DNA from: Nitrospinaceae bacterium
Lineage (GTDB): Bacteria > Nitrospinota > Nitrospinia > Nitrospinales > Nitrospinaceae
Assembly (NCBI GenBank): GCA_965237905.1
Contig: OZ250172.1
Span: 1,696,001-1,760,000 of the forward strand
DNA length: 64,000 nt
Direction: 5' to 3'
The translations under genes were made by a program, and so were the position numbers. Below are positions 42,694 through 51,957 of the stretch, one piece after another. Under the pieces are notes generated by a model that was given only the letters and a program-made list of their open reading frames with translations, was not told the origin of the DNA and searched no databases. Each line of letters begins with the position of its first letter. Position 1 is the first letter of the stretch.

Positions 42694-43140
42694 ATGCCGA
42701 CTTTCACACCAAGATTAAATCTCACCCAACCCGATACCGGGAACAAGACTTGGAAAACCGACATCGAAAACTGGGCCAACCAGTTGGACAAAATGGCTGC
42801 TCAGTATTTGACGTTTCACCTCGGCGGCGCGGCGATCGATGAGGAAGTAATTTTCGACGGTCACTTTTTCGATGAGGACGTCACTATCATCGAAGTCACT
42901 CTATACGCGCGCGAAGCACCGAGCGGTGCGGCCTTTACCATCGACTTTACCAAGGGTGGGATCGAACAGACGAAAACCGCGACTCTTGCAGACAGTTCGA
43001 ACAAGGGTAACACGGCGATCACAGGGTTGAGTTATACCACACTGGAGGAATTTGGCATCAAGGTGAAGAGCGTGGGCAGTGCCGACCCCGGTTCCGAAAT
43101 TACGATTCTCGTTCACTACCATATCAAGGCCTTGCCTTAA
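42694..43140 (+). CDS. Putative tail fibre-associated protein
   Basis: TPRLNLTQP...NWANQLD fibre N-terminal pattern; APSGAAFTIDF. Confidence 0.55.
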   Translation: MPTFTPRLNLTQPDTGNKTWKTDIENWANQLDKMAAQYLTFHLGGAAIDEEVIFDGHFFDEDVTIIEVTLYAREAPSGAAFTIDFTKGGIEQTKTATLADSSNKGNTAITGLSYTTLEEFGIKVKSVGSADPGSEITILVHYHIKALP

Positions 43141-43149
43141 GGAGACATT

Positions 43150-44328
43150 ATGCTCAGCCGCAAACTGGTTTTTATTTTTATTCTGCTGTTGGCTATAGCC
43201 AACCCCGCATCGGCGATCAAGTACAAGGGCGACTTGGAAGCCAACGAATCGTTGACTTTGCCGGAGCAAAGCGCGAAACCCGCCAATCCTTCATCGGGCA
43301 AACATAAGCTGTACTTCAAAGATGACGGAGCCCCGTACTCTCTCGATCCATCCGGCAATGAAAATCCCATCAACAGGGCCGGGATTAAAAACTACCTCAT
43401 CAACGGCGGTTTCCGGTTATGGCAGAGAGGGACCAGTTTCACCACAATGGATTCTTATGGGGCCGATCGGTGGAAACACGGGTCTCCCGGTACCGCCACC
43501 GTCAGCCGTCAGGAGTTTACGCTGGGTCAAACCGATGTCCCTGGGGAACCGGAATTTTACTGGAGGAACGATACGACGGTTGCTGGTGTGGGGACAGCTA
43601 CATTGTTCAGGCAACGGATCGAGGATGTCCGAACCTTGGCCGGGCAAACCGTAACGCTTTCTTTTTGGGCGAAGGCCGATGCCAGCAAAATATTCCAGGT
43701 TGTCATACAGCAAGTATTCGGTACCGGTGGATCCCCCAGCGCAGATATTATCGCTTTAAACCAATCGCAACCCATAGAAACGGCGTGGACTCGATATACC
43801 TATACCGTCACGATCCCATCCATCAGCGGTAAGACGTTGGGCACGAACGACGACGATTATCTGGAAATTCTAATCCAAGAGACGTCAGGCTTCTCAACTT
43901 TTACACTCGACGTAGCACAAATCCAACTCGAAAAGGGAGCGGTTGCCATAGCGTTCGGGTATCGCCCTATAGGTTTAGAATTGAGATTAGCTCAAAGGTA
44001 TTACTGTAAGACTTATGCGCAAGGGACCGATCCCGGAACAGCAACACCATCGGGTATAGTCACCGCCGGATTCAATGGAGTGAGCTTATCCCCTCGTCAG
44101 ATACGCACAAATTGGGTTTTCCCGGTTACCATGAGGGCTGCTCCTTCAATTACCTTTTACGACCAGTTTGGAACTTCCAGTTCCTGGGAGGACGGTAATG
44201 GCGGCGGGGCAACCGTAGTGGTTCTTGCCAACACGTCGTCAGACAATTCGGTAAATATTGCCGTAGACACGGCGTCGCTCGCCGATGCAAGAATTTTGGG
44301 TCACATCGTGGCGGATGCGGAACTTTGA
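43150..44328 (+). CDS. Tail-fibre-like protein with carbohydrate-binding-like domain and signal peptide
   Basis: KNYLINGGFRLWQRGTSF...DRW, QLEKGAVA, ELRLAQRYY, FPVTMRAAPSIT, ADAEL. Confidence 0.7.
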   Translation: MLSRKLVFIFILLLAIANPASAIKYKGDLEANESLTLPEQSAKPANPSSGKHKLYFKDDGAPYSLDPSGNENPINRAGIKNYLINGGFRLWQRGTSFTTMDSYGADRWKHGSPGTATVSRQEFTLGQTDVPGEPEFYWRNDTTVAGVGTATLFRQRIEDVRTLAGQTVTLSFWAKADASKIFQVVIQQVFGTGGSPSADIIALNQSQPIETAWTRYTYTVTIPSISGKTLGTNDDDYLEILIQETSGFSTFTLDVAQIQLEKGAVAIAFGYRPIGLELRLAQRYYCKTYAQGTDPGTATPSGIVTAGFNGVSLSPRQIRTNWVFPVTMRAAPSITFYDQFGTSSSWEDGNGGGATVVVLANTSSDNSVNIAVDTASLADARILGHIVADAEL

Positions 44329-44343
44329 GGAAAAAATCATCAA

Positions 44344-44607
44344 ATGCTTATCTTTCACACGTATTTTTATTCTATAGGTGTTTGCTGTATGGGCGACGTA
44401 TCCAATCACTTCTGCGAAGTGGACTCGCAGCAGAATAATCCGTGTTTTATGAACAATAAGCGCGGGATAAATGTGCCTGGCGATATGTCCAACAGCGACC
44501 GACGAGTGCTTAACGAGTGGGTCGACGAAAGCAACGCTATCTCTCCCCAGATCCTGCTCTGGTATTATTTTGGTTGGATGCCTTTAATGATGTCTTGGAT
44601 GGTTTGA
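44344..44607 (+). CDS. Possibly degenerate tail-fibre chaperone-like protein
   Basis: VPGDMSNSDRRVLNEWVDESNAISP resembles small proteins that follow such fibres. Confidence 0.3.
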   Translation: MLIFHTYFYSIGVCCMGDVSNHFCEVDSQQNNPCFMNNKRGINVPGDMSNSDRRVLNEWVDESNAISPQILLWYYFGWMPLMMSWMV

Positions 44608-44971
44608 TTGAGGGTCTTAATATCGATCGGTTTGGTGATAAAGGCATCCATTCCGACAACGAGACAATCAGTTTTTTTAGCCTCCTCGTCGTGGGCCGTC
44701 ATGCAATAATGGGGGTGTAGACAGGCGTTGCAATCGATAAGGCCTTCTCTTTGGCCCTTATTTTCCGGGCGGCTTCGATCCCGCTGATACCTGGCATCTC
44801 TAAGTCCATGAGAATGACATCAAAGGAGCCCTCCAGAAAATAGTCCACAGCCTCCTTACCATTTTCAGCAGTGGTGATCTCATGACCTCTTTTTTCTAAC
44901 AGCCGGGTGGCTAGATCCAGATTGGCCGGGTTGTCATCCGCCAGGAGAATTTTGTATGTGATAGTGGACAT
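44565..44971 (-). pseudogene. Single-domain response regulator, frameshifted near 44703
   Basis: ILLADD...LMDLEMP...TPIIA stops; alternate frame continues MTAHDEE...GMDAFITKPIDIKTL. Confidence 0.75.
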
Positions 44972-45864
44972 TATAAATCTTTCCAGGCGCCAATAATTTT
45001 ACCAACGATTGGTTGCGGGTTTTCGTTCAAATCGATGATCTGTATTTCTGCATTAGGATTGATCGGCCGCAGGATGAGCAGATGGGTTTTCTTTTCAAGA
45101 AACTTGGCGGTTAGGCCTCCCTCATGATATATGGCAAACATCTTATTTTTGACAATTATTTTATCATCCCGGTCGATAACGACAATATCTCCAGGGTGGA
45201 GCATGGGTTCCATGGAATGGCCGTCGACCCGGCTGGCCACCAGATTGGTGCGCTTGCCGGCGGCGCGGATATGAAGCAGGACATAGTCTTCAATATTCTC
45301 CTGCGGGATGATCGGTTGTCCAGCGGCGATGGCTGATTCGGTAAGTGGCACCGAGACGAAATCCTCTCCAGAAATTTGGGGAATTTTTTGGGCGCTGGTG
45401 GTCTGGAAAATTTTGAGCTGGGGGCTTTGAAACAGCAGGGATCCATCATCGGTGAGAGCGGACGGATGGACCTCCAGAATTTCACTGAATCTCTGAATTA
45501 AGTCGCTTGAAAACAGGCATTTACCCTGCTCATACAGCTCAAGCACTTTGGGAGATATCGATAATTTTGACCCCAATTCATTTTGTGACCAGCCTCTTGA
45601 GATTCGGAAACCCTTAATTCTTTTGGCAATTATCTGATTTAAGTGGGAAGAGGGTTCGATTCCTGATATCAACCATTGGAGATCTATATGAAAGTATTTA
45701 GCGATTTTGGAGAGTGATTCTGGATCAGGTAAACTCTTACGTTGAATACATTTTTTTATGTTTTCATAATTCAAGCCCACGCTTTGGCAAAAGTCCGCCA
45801 GGGACTGCCCTTCCTGCAGAACGAGTATTCTATTTAAAACCTCACCAGTTTTTATATTAGGCAT
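44971..45864 (-). CDS. CI/LexA-like repressor: two HTH domains plus S24 peptidase
   Basis: Two XRE HTH segments; IAAG cleavage site; VDGHSMEP Ser and TAK Lys. Confidence 0.9.
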   Translation of the reverse strand: MPNIKTGEVLNRILVLQEGQSLADFCQSVGLNYENIKKCIQRKSLPDPESLSKIAKYFHIDLQWLISGIEPSSHLNQIIAKRIKGFRISRGWSQNELGSKLSISPKVLELYEQGKCLFSSDLIQRFSEILEVHPSALTDDGSLLFQSPQLKIFQTTSAQKIPQISGEDFVSVPLTESAIAAGQPIIPQENIEDYVLLHIRAAGKRTNLVASRVDGHSMEPMLHPGDIVVIDRDDKIIVKNKMFAIYHEGGLTAKFLEKKTHLLILRPINPNAEIQIIDLNENPQPIVGKIIGAWKDL

Positions 45865-45876
45865 ACAAAATATATA

Positions 45877-45932
45877 TTGACATTAAGGGACATTTGTCCC
45901 ATACTATAACACAGATAGGGACAATTGTCCTA
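45877..45932. promoter_or_regulatory. Divergent promoters with two GGACA-NN-TGTCC operators
   Basis: gggacatttgtccc (45887-45900) and ggacaattgtcc (45919-45930); TTGACA-17bp-CATACT on +. Confidence 0.7.
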
Positions 45933-46160
45933 ATATTTTTAACTATTTGTATAATAAGGATAAAATTGTTAAAAATTTTAAATTGAATGTTTGAATGGGT
46001 GATAGATGTTGCAAGCATCGCACAAAAAATTCCGCAATCAAATATATTTATAGTCATTAGGATGCAAATACTTCTAATTAGGGAAGGAATGAGTCGCTTT
46101 TGCCAAAATTGAAAGTGCGGCAAGTTTGTGTGTTGGATCGTTTTGATAATGGGGAGTCTG

Positions 46161-46586
46161 ATGAAGAAATTGAAACTTGTTAAGACCAGTGGAAAGAAAG
46201 CTACCCAACGGTTATTTCGATGCCCGGTGGTGGTCCTGACCTTGGCCAACGGTGAGGTTGTAAAAAGAGGTTGTGGCCGGGCTGGGATGTCGGAATTTGA
46301 CGCCTGTCTGAGATGTTTGTATTGCGGAAATTACCTGTATAAGAAGGCTCCCAGTTTGGAATCCATGTGGTTTCATTTTCGCTGGGCCAGGGAATTCTGG
46401 AGGATTCACAACAACCATGGCCGTGATTTTGTGAATGGGATTCCGGTGATGGGGAAAGCGGAAACGTTGCCCTCCTCCTGTCTTCCGGATTTAGCTGAGT
46501 CCAAGCCTCCCTGGTGGTTCCCATATTTTTTAAAATACAGCGATCAGGAATTCCGGGAATATATGTTTAATTTGAAAACGGGTTGA
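46161..46586 (+). CDS. Zinc-finger-like hypothetical protein
   Basis: RCP...GCG...CLRCLYCG; gggag RBS before 46161. Confidence 0.6.
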   Translation: MKKLKLVKTSGKKATQRLFRCPVVVLTLANGEVVKRGCGRAGMSEFDACLRCLYCGNYLYKKAPSLESMWFHFRWAREFWRIHNNHGRDFVNGIPVMGKAETLPSSCLPDLAESKPPWWFPYFLKYSDQEFREYMFNLKTG

Positions 46587-46594
46587 GATACACC

Positions 46595-47176
46595 ATGGCT
46601 TCAATAGATAACCAAAGACCGATCTGCGCCGTACATTCCGTATCCTCCAAAGTCTGCACTGGGGAGGTGATGGAGGTGGTTCTGCATTCGGGGAATTCCA
46701 CTGAACAGGACGCTTTTCCCCATAGCTTGAATTTATGCCAGTATCATTATCAATTGGAATTAATGGTTTGGGGGATCAAAAAGTTTTTTCAGGTCTATAA
46801 CTTATTATTAAACACAAGTGATTGCGAGGATACGGCCAAAAGCCGTTGGCAGGAGGCGTTGGAGCCTTTCCCAGATGATTCGCGTCTTTACTTCAGTTTG
46901 CCTGACGAGCTGGAATTCTGGCTAAATCGCTTAGCGGGGGATCTTTCCGACGACGGTTGTCATCCCCGGTCAGAATTTGAGTATCTGAAAGAAGTGCCTA
47001 TCAACTTGGGCGAGATCTGTTTGACCGACAAACAGTTAATGGCCGTGTGCATGGTATTTTATGGAGGCGTGAAAAAAAAGCGAGCCGCCCAGGCGATGAA
47101 TATTACCAGCCAGGCCCTGTCCGACCACGTCAAGGCCGCTCTCAAAAAAATCGGGGATAACCTGGCCAGTATTTAA
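46595..47176 (+). CDS. Sigma70 region-4 HTH protein with Cys/His-rich N-terminus
   Basis: LTDKQLMAVCMVFYGG...AAQAMNITSQALSDHVKAALKKI. Confidence 0.7.
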   Translation: MASIDNQRPICAVHSVSSKVCTGEVMEVVLHSGNSTEQDAFPHSLNLCQYHYQLELMVWGIKKFFQVYNLLLNTSDCEDTAKSRWQEALEPFPDDSRLYFSLPDELEFWLNRLAGDLSDDGCHPRSEFEYLKEVPINLGEICLTDKQLMAVCMVFYGGVKKKRAAQAMNITSQALSDHVKAALKKIGDNLASI

Positions 47177-47186
47177 CGATTCATTG

Positions 47187-48845
47187 CTATCCGGGAAAGG
47201 CCCAAGGGGGAGGATAATTAGGATGCACAAAATTTTTGATGTTGCGTTTCTTTTGGTTTTCCAGAATCCGCTGCCATAGTGGGTGATCGGGTGCGCTTTC
47301 CTGTGTGCGGATGAACAGCTTGGAGATGGGGTCCTGATAGATTTTTACCCATCCCGGCATCGTTTCCATAAAGGTATCAGGTGCCTCGTATTTTTTGGTC
47401 AGTACTAAAATGGTAGGGAAATCCCTGAGCAACGCCAGTCCTTCCGGTTTGCCGTATGCAAAGGCCAGGTTCATTTCTATAATGTTTTCCGGGTAAACCG
47501 TTCGAAACCGACCGTCGATGGATACCCGGGAATTGGGTGACTTCCAGATCATATATTCCCCCCAATTGAAGGGCACCACCAGATTCCCCTCCAGACCGTT
47601 GGCTTCCATGAATTGCGCGGCATAGGTCGGATATACCAGGTGGTCCACCCGAATTTTGAAATCGTCCGCCGCATATTTGTGTAGTTGGATCCCTATCATG
47701 AAAGCCACAAACACTCCCAAAACTCCCTGAACGGTCCAATGAAAATGATGGGACAAACGATCGTAATAAGATTTGATGTCCCATTGCAACCAGCGCCCAT
47801 AGTGCAATAAAAGATAGGGTGCCAGAAGAATTACAGTGAGTATTGTGTGACGCTGATGCTGGAATCCATAAATAATTGCCAGCGCAATGATCAGAATTTC
47901 CCAAACGCGTTTTTTGCTCGGTAATAAAAAGGTTCCGAGAAACAGTAGAACCAGAACTTTATATTGCCAGTGAGAGAAATCGGTTAAGCTCACCGGTCCC
48001 CATTCGCTAATGGATCGCGGCATCCCGAGGGAATGGATAAAGAAGAGCCATAGGTTATAACCGTAAGGATTGATCAATACCGCCAAGCCGGACAGCAGAA
48101 AATACTTCAACAGTAGGCGGCCCCGGCTCTCTCCCGTTTTGTAATATCGGATGACCTCCACCGCAGTGATCACGCCGAAAATACCCAACCCGGCCACCAC
48201 TCCGCCGTGACTGTTAACCCACAACAGCATAATGAGAGGAGCCCACTTTATGATCCGATGATTGCCGTCAAAAAACTTCTGCAGAACGTAGACCAGCAGG
48301 GTCAGGAATAAAAAGGTGGCCAGATGCGGGCGGGCCATGAATCCCGGAGCCATCACTGGAATAATGAGTGCACATAGAATCAAATACACGGTGATATTGC
48401 CGGCTCGCGCAAAGTAAATCGAAGAGAGCAGATGAACTATCAAGATTCCCAGGAAGGCTTTGAAAAAAAGCAGGCCGGTCGAGTCAAGGGTGTGGTAAAT
48501 CAGATAAAACGAAACTTCCATGAGCCATTCATGGTTGATCCAGGTATGCCCCTCAGCGGTATAGGAAAAGGGGTCGGTGTCGTGCACCCCGCCTTGCTCC
48601 CAGATGTCTTGCCCAAAGCGGATATGACCCCATAAATCCGGATCTGCCGTGACATAGGAAAATTGAGTGAAGGCGAATGCGTACACCAGGATGCGGATCA
48701 CGATATAGAAACCATCCCTGGTCACACGTTTGGAAAGGGTGTTTGAATCATCAAGAGTCACTCTAACTAATTTATGGGACGAACCGTCAGGGAACAAGGA
48801 AAAAGTGATTTCGCCTGTCCAATAATGAGAGTTGAGGGTTTTCAT
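47187..48845 (-). CDS. GT-C-like integral membrane glycosyltransferase (start uncertain)
   Basis: DPDLWGHIRFG, DPFSY, WINHEWL, RPHL, LWVNSHGG, LINPYG, SIDGR. Confidence 0.7.
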   Translation of the reverse strand: MKTLNSHYWTGEITFSLFPDGSSHKLVRVTLDDSNTLSKRVTRDGFYIVIRILVYAFAFTQFSYVTADPDLWGHIRFGQDIWEQGGVHDTDPFSYTAEGHTWINHEWLMEVSFYLIYHTLDSTGLLFFKAFLGILIVHLLSSIYFARAGNITVYLILCALIIPVMAPGFMARPHLATFLFLTLLVYVLQKFFDGNHRIIKWAPLIMLLWVNSHGGVVAGLGIFGVITAVEVIRYYKTGESRGRLLLKYFLLSGLAVLINPYGYNLWLFFIHSLGMPRSISEWGPVSLTDFSHWQYKVLVLLFLGTFLLPSKKRVWEILIIALAIIYGFQHQRHTILTVILLAPYLLLHYGRWLQWDIKSYYDRLSHHFHWTVQGVLGVFVAFMIGIQLHKYAADDFKIRVDHLVYPTYAAQFMEANGLEGNLVVPFNWGEYMIWKSPNSRVSIDGRFRTVYPENIIEMNLAFAYGKPEGLALLRDFPTILVLTKKYEAPDTFMETMPGWVKIYQDPISKLFIRTQESAPDHPLWQRILENQKKRNIKNFVHPNYPPPWAFPG

Positions 48846-48905
48846 TTATAAAGTGGAATGCGATAATAACCCTCTTTTTAAAAATCCCGCTTTCAAGGAA
48901 TCTTT

Positions 48906-49697
48906 GTGAAAATTATCGTCTGCGTGAAACAGGTCATCGATACCGGCGCGGTTCTGACTCTTAAGGATGGCCAAGTGGATACGGAGGGTTTGCCCCGGGT
49001 ACTCAATCCTTATGATGAGTTTGCGGTTGAGGAAGCAGTACGCATTCGAGAGCAAGCTCCCGAGGAAACTACGGTGACCCTGATTACCCTGGGTCCAGAC
49101 CAATTCAAGGATACGCTCCGCAAGGGCTTGGCTATGGGCGCGGATACGGCGGTCCATCTGCTGGATGCCGCTTTTGAGGGCTTGGATTGTCTGGGCGTTG
49201 CCACCGCTTTATCCAAGGCGATTTGTACGCTCGAGTATGATTTAATTTTATGCGGTCGGCAGGCGGTGGACGATGATATGGCCCAGGTCGGACCCGCGAT
49301 CGCGGTGTTGCTGGGTATTCCTTTTGTCACGGTGGTGACAGATTTGAAAATTTCAGATGATCGGCAAAAGGCCAAAGTGACCCGCCAGATTGAAGGGGGT
49401 TCCGAGATCATTGAAGCGCCGCTACCCCTGCTGATCACTTGTCAAAAAGGATTGAACGAGCCCAGGCTTCCCTCCCTTAAAGGAATTATGGCCGCCAAGA
49501 AAAAGGAGGTTACCCTTCTCGATGCCGCGGCGATTGGCTTCGACGCGAATGGTATGGGTGCCGCCGCCAACCGGGTCCGGGAAACCGCCTTGGAGCTGCC
49601 TCCGACCCGTAAAAAAGGCATCATTCTGGAAGGCACTCCGGAAGAAACCTGCTCCCAATTGGTTCAAGCACTACGCGATGAAGCCAAGGTGATTTAG
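48906..49697 (+). CDS. etfB: Electron transfer flavoprotein beta subunit
   Basis: KIIVCVKQV, NPYDEFAVEEA, CGRQAVDDD, NEPRLPSL. Confidence 0.95.
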   Translation: MKIIVCVKQVIDTGAVLTLKDGQVDTEGLPRVLNPYDEFAVEEAVRIREQAPEETTVTLITLGPDQFKDTLRKGLAMGADTAVHLLDAAFEGLDCLGVATALSKAICTLEYDLILCGRQAVDDDMAQVGPAIAVLLGIPFVTVVTDLKISDDRQKAKVTRQIEGGSEIIEAPLPLLITCQKGLNEPRLPSLKGIMAAKKKEVTLLDAAAIGFDANGMGAAANRVRETALELPPTRKKGIILEGTPEETCSQLVQALRDEAKVI

Positions 49698-49726
49698 TTG
49701 GAAGGTCAGGAAATTTAAAAACGGCA

Positions 49727-49763
49727 AAAAAAATCCCTCCCTCCGGGCATGGAGGGAGGGGGC
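49727..49763. terminator. Terminator between convergent genes
   Basis: A7 plus ccctccctcc..ggagggaggg hairpin. Confidence 0.6.
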
Positions 49764-49799
49764 AGTCACATTTACAGGCAGAGCTGCGGGGGAAAATGG

Positions 49800-50216
49800 T
49801 TACCAGTACAAGCAACTGTTGTCACACTCTTCAGCTGAAGCGGAAAGCTCAACCTCGGTTGCTTGACTTTGGTTTGAGAGTTTGGATTCTACATATTCCT
49901 GGTAATCCTCGGGAATCTCGATATGTCCTATGGCCGTTCCGCCTACAGGTCCCCACATACCGGTATCCAATTCAAACCAGTAGATTCCATCGGCAATATC
50001 CCGATCGATATGGTCTTCCAAGGCTAACTGCTCAAAAAATCCCAGTTTGTAGCCGTTGATGAAAACATCATCATATTGAGCTTCTTCTGTGGCCACTGCG
50101 GGAAGAGCGGTCATCAGGAGCAATCCCATTACCAAGGCCAAAGACCCTATGGTTTTGGACACGCTCTTTAACTTATTCTGGTTTTGGCTTTTTTTCATCA
50201 ATATTCTCTTACTCAT
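49800..50216 (-). CDS. Exported hypothetical protein
   Basis: Signal peptide; VFINGYKL...DGIYWFELDTGMWGPVG. Confidence 0.65.
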   Translation of the reverse strand: MSKRILMKKSQNQNKLKSVSKTIGSLALVMGLLLMTALPAVATEEAQYDDVFINGYKLGFFEQLALEDHIDRDIADGIYWFELDTGMWGPVGGTAIGHIEIPEDYQEYVESKLSNQSQATEVELSASAEECDNSCLYW

Positions 50217-50594
50217 GATTTCCCCCTGCCGATTTTGCTTTTAATATGAGGCAATATACCCCATTTGTATCGTTAACAGAGGCATTGCAGGTTATATGCC
50301 GTATTTGCAACAATTTAGAGAGAAAATATTAACTCTCTGAAATCAAAGGCTTTAAAAATTAAAATATACCCCATCGGGTGTAGTATTTGCTTTTTAAATG
50401 TACAGATAATGTGTTTTAGTGACAAAATTCAGCCTCTAGCTGTACCAAAATTGTGAATTTCTCACAATATATTGATTTATAAGAGGGCAATTGTTTATAC
50501 AATTGAGGACACCGGAGTGCCTTGCAGGGTGCTCTTGTCAAAAATGGAAAATAAAACTAAACTGTTGATATTCCCCTTGCTTGAGGAGATTCAA

Positions 50595-51662
50595 TTGACT
50601 CAAAAAATTCAATCAGTTCTGGTGATAGGATTGGGAAAGGTTGGGAAACTGGTCGCAACCTTGCTGTTTGAGAACGGGTATCGGACTACCGGACTGGACT
50701 CCAGTTCTCATCAGGGGTACCCCTTCAAAATCATCAAGGGGCGTGTCCAAAGTAAGAGTGTTCTAAAAAAAGCCATTAAAGATCACGATGCTGTGGTCAC
50801 CTGTCTACCCTACGATCTCAATCTGGAGGTGGCCCGGGAAACCCATAGCGCCGGTAAACATTATTTTGATTTGACCGAAGACGTTCCCACCACCGAAGCC
50901 ATCAAAAAATTATCCAAAACCGCTAAAGGGGTTATGGCTCCCCAGTGCGGTCTGGCGCCAGGTTTCATTTGTATTGTGGGTGCAGACCTTGCCGGGAAAT
51001 TTCGCAACCTGCGGAGCATTGAACTGCGAGTGGGCGCATTACCCCAACATCCCCGTGGACTCCTGGGCTACGCCTTCAACTGGTCGCCGGAGGGAGTGGT
51101 CAATGAATATTTAAACGATTGCGAAGTCATCAAAGAAGGCATGCGGGCCAAGGTGACTTCTATGGAAGGTTTGGAAACTATCGTCATCGATGGGGTTCCT
51201 CTGGAAGCCTTTGCCACTTCCGGCGGGCTGGGAACCATGTGCGAAACCTATGAAGGCAAAGTGGAGCATCTCAATTATAAGACCATCCGCTATCCCGGCC
51301 ATTGCCAATTGATGAAATTCTTTTTCAACGAATTGTTCATGCGCAAGGACCGTCAGAAGGCAGGTGAAATTCTTGTGAACGCCAAACCTCCGGTGAGTGA
51401 TGACGTGGTTTTTGTGCACGCCGCGGTGGAGGGTCAGCAGGACGGAAAATTTATGAGAGAGGAATTTGTGCGCAGTTATTATCCGCTCGACATTGGTGGA
51501 CGTGACTGGCGAGCCATCGCCTGGACGACCGCAGGATCCGTTTGTGCAGTGGTGGACCTGGTGTCGCGCGGTGTTCTTCCACAGAAAGGATTCATCAAGC
51601 AGGAAGATATCCCGCTCGACCAGTTTTTTAAAACACCCACAGGCCAATATTTTCTTTCCTAA
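50595..51662 (+). CDS. Saccharopine dehydrogenase / lysine 6-dehydrogenase family
   Basis: GLGKVG, HYFDLTEDV, PQCGLAPG, YKTIRYPGH; TTG start after gaggag. Confidence 0.88.
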   Translation: MTQKIQSVLVIGLGKVGKLVATLLFENGYRTTGLDSSSHQGYPFKIIKGRVQSKSVLKKAIKDHDAVVTCLPYDLNLEVARETHSAGKHYFDLTEDVPTTEAIKKLSKTAKGVMAPQCGLAPGFICIVGADLAGKFRNLRSIELRVGALPQHPRGLLGYAFNWSPEGVVNEYLNDCEVIKEGMRAKVTSMEGLETIVIDGVPLEAFATSGGLGTMCETYEGKVEHLNYKTIRYPGHCQLMKFFFNELFMRKDRQKAGEILVNAKPPVSDDVVFVHAAVEGQQDGKFMREEFVRSYYPLDIGGRDWRAIAWTTAGSVCAVVDLVSRGVLPQKGFIKQEDIPLDQFFKTPTGQYFLS

Positions 51663-51957
51663 ACTAAGGAACCGTCCCACGATTGATCGTAAGCATCCCC
51701 CGTATCTTCAATTTATATTTTCTTTCCTGCATGGCATTTCTGCGGCTGCCTAAGTTCAGCCATTCGATTTTTACACACCGATTAAAATCCAAAATCCGAA
51801 ATAGATTCTTATAACTCATTGATAAAATAGAGATTAAAAAATAATGGTATTCCTATAAAATTTAGCTATATATTGCTTTATACTAATTTTCAAAGTAACA
51901 GGACATTTAACAAGGCCTAACAAGGCCGTTGAAATATTTAAAATAAGGTGGTGGCGC

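Larger units (their letters stand above)
28912..44607 (+). mobile_element. Phage-derived structural gene cluster, GTA-like (no integrase or replication genes recognised)
   Basis: Co-oriented terminase, portal, prohead protease, HK97 capsid, adaptor, baseplate-like and fibre-like genes. Confidence 0.8.

Noticed and set aside
43150..44328. Diversity-generating retroelement target in the fibre gene
   Set aside because: No reverse transcriptase and no template/variable repeat pair seen in the window.
28912..47176. Complete inducible temperate prophage
   Set aside because: No integrase/transposase, att sites, replication, tail tube, tape measure or endolysin found. A decayed prophage remains a possible alternative to the GTA reading.
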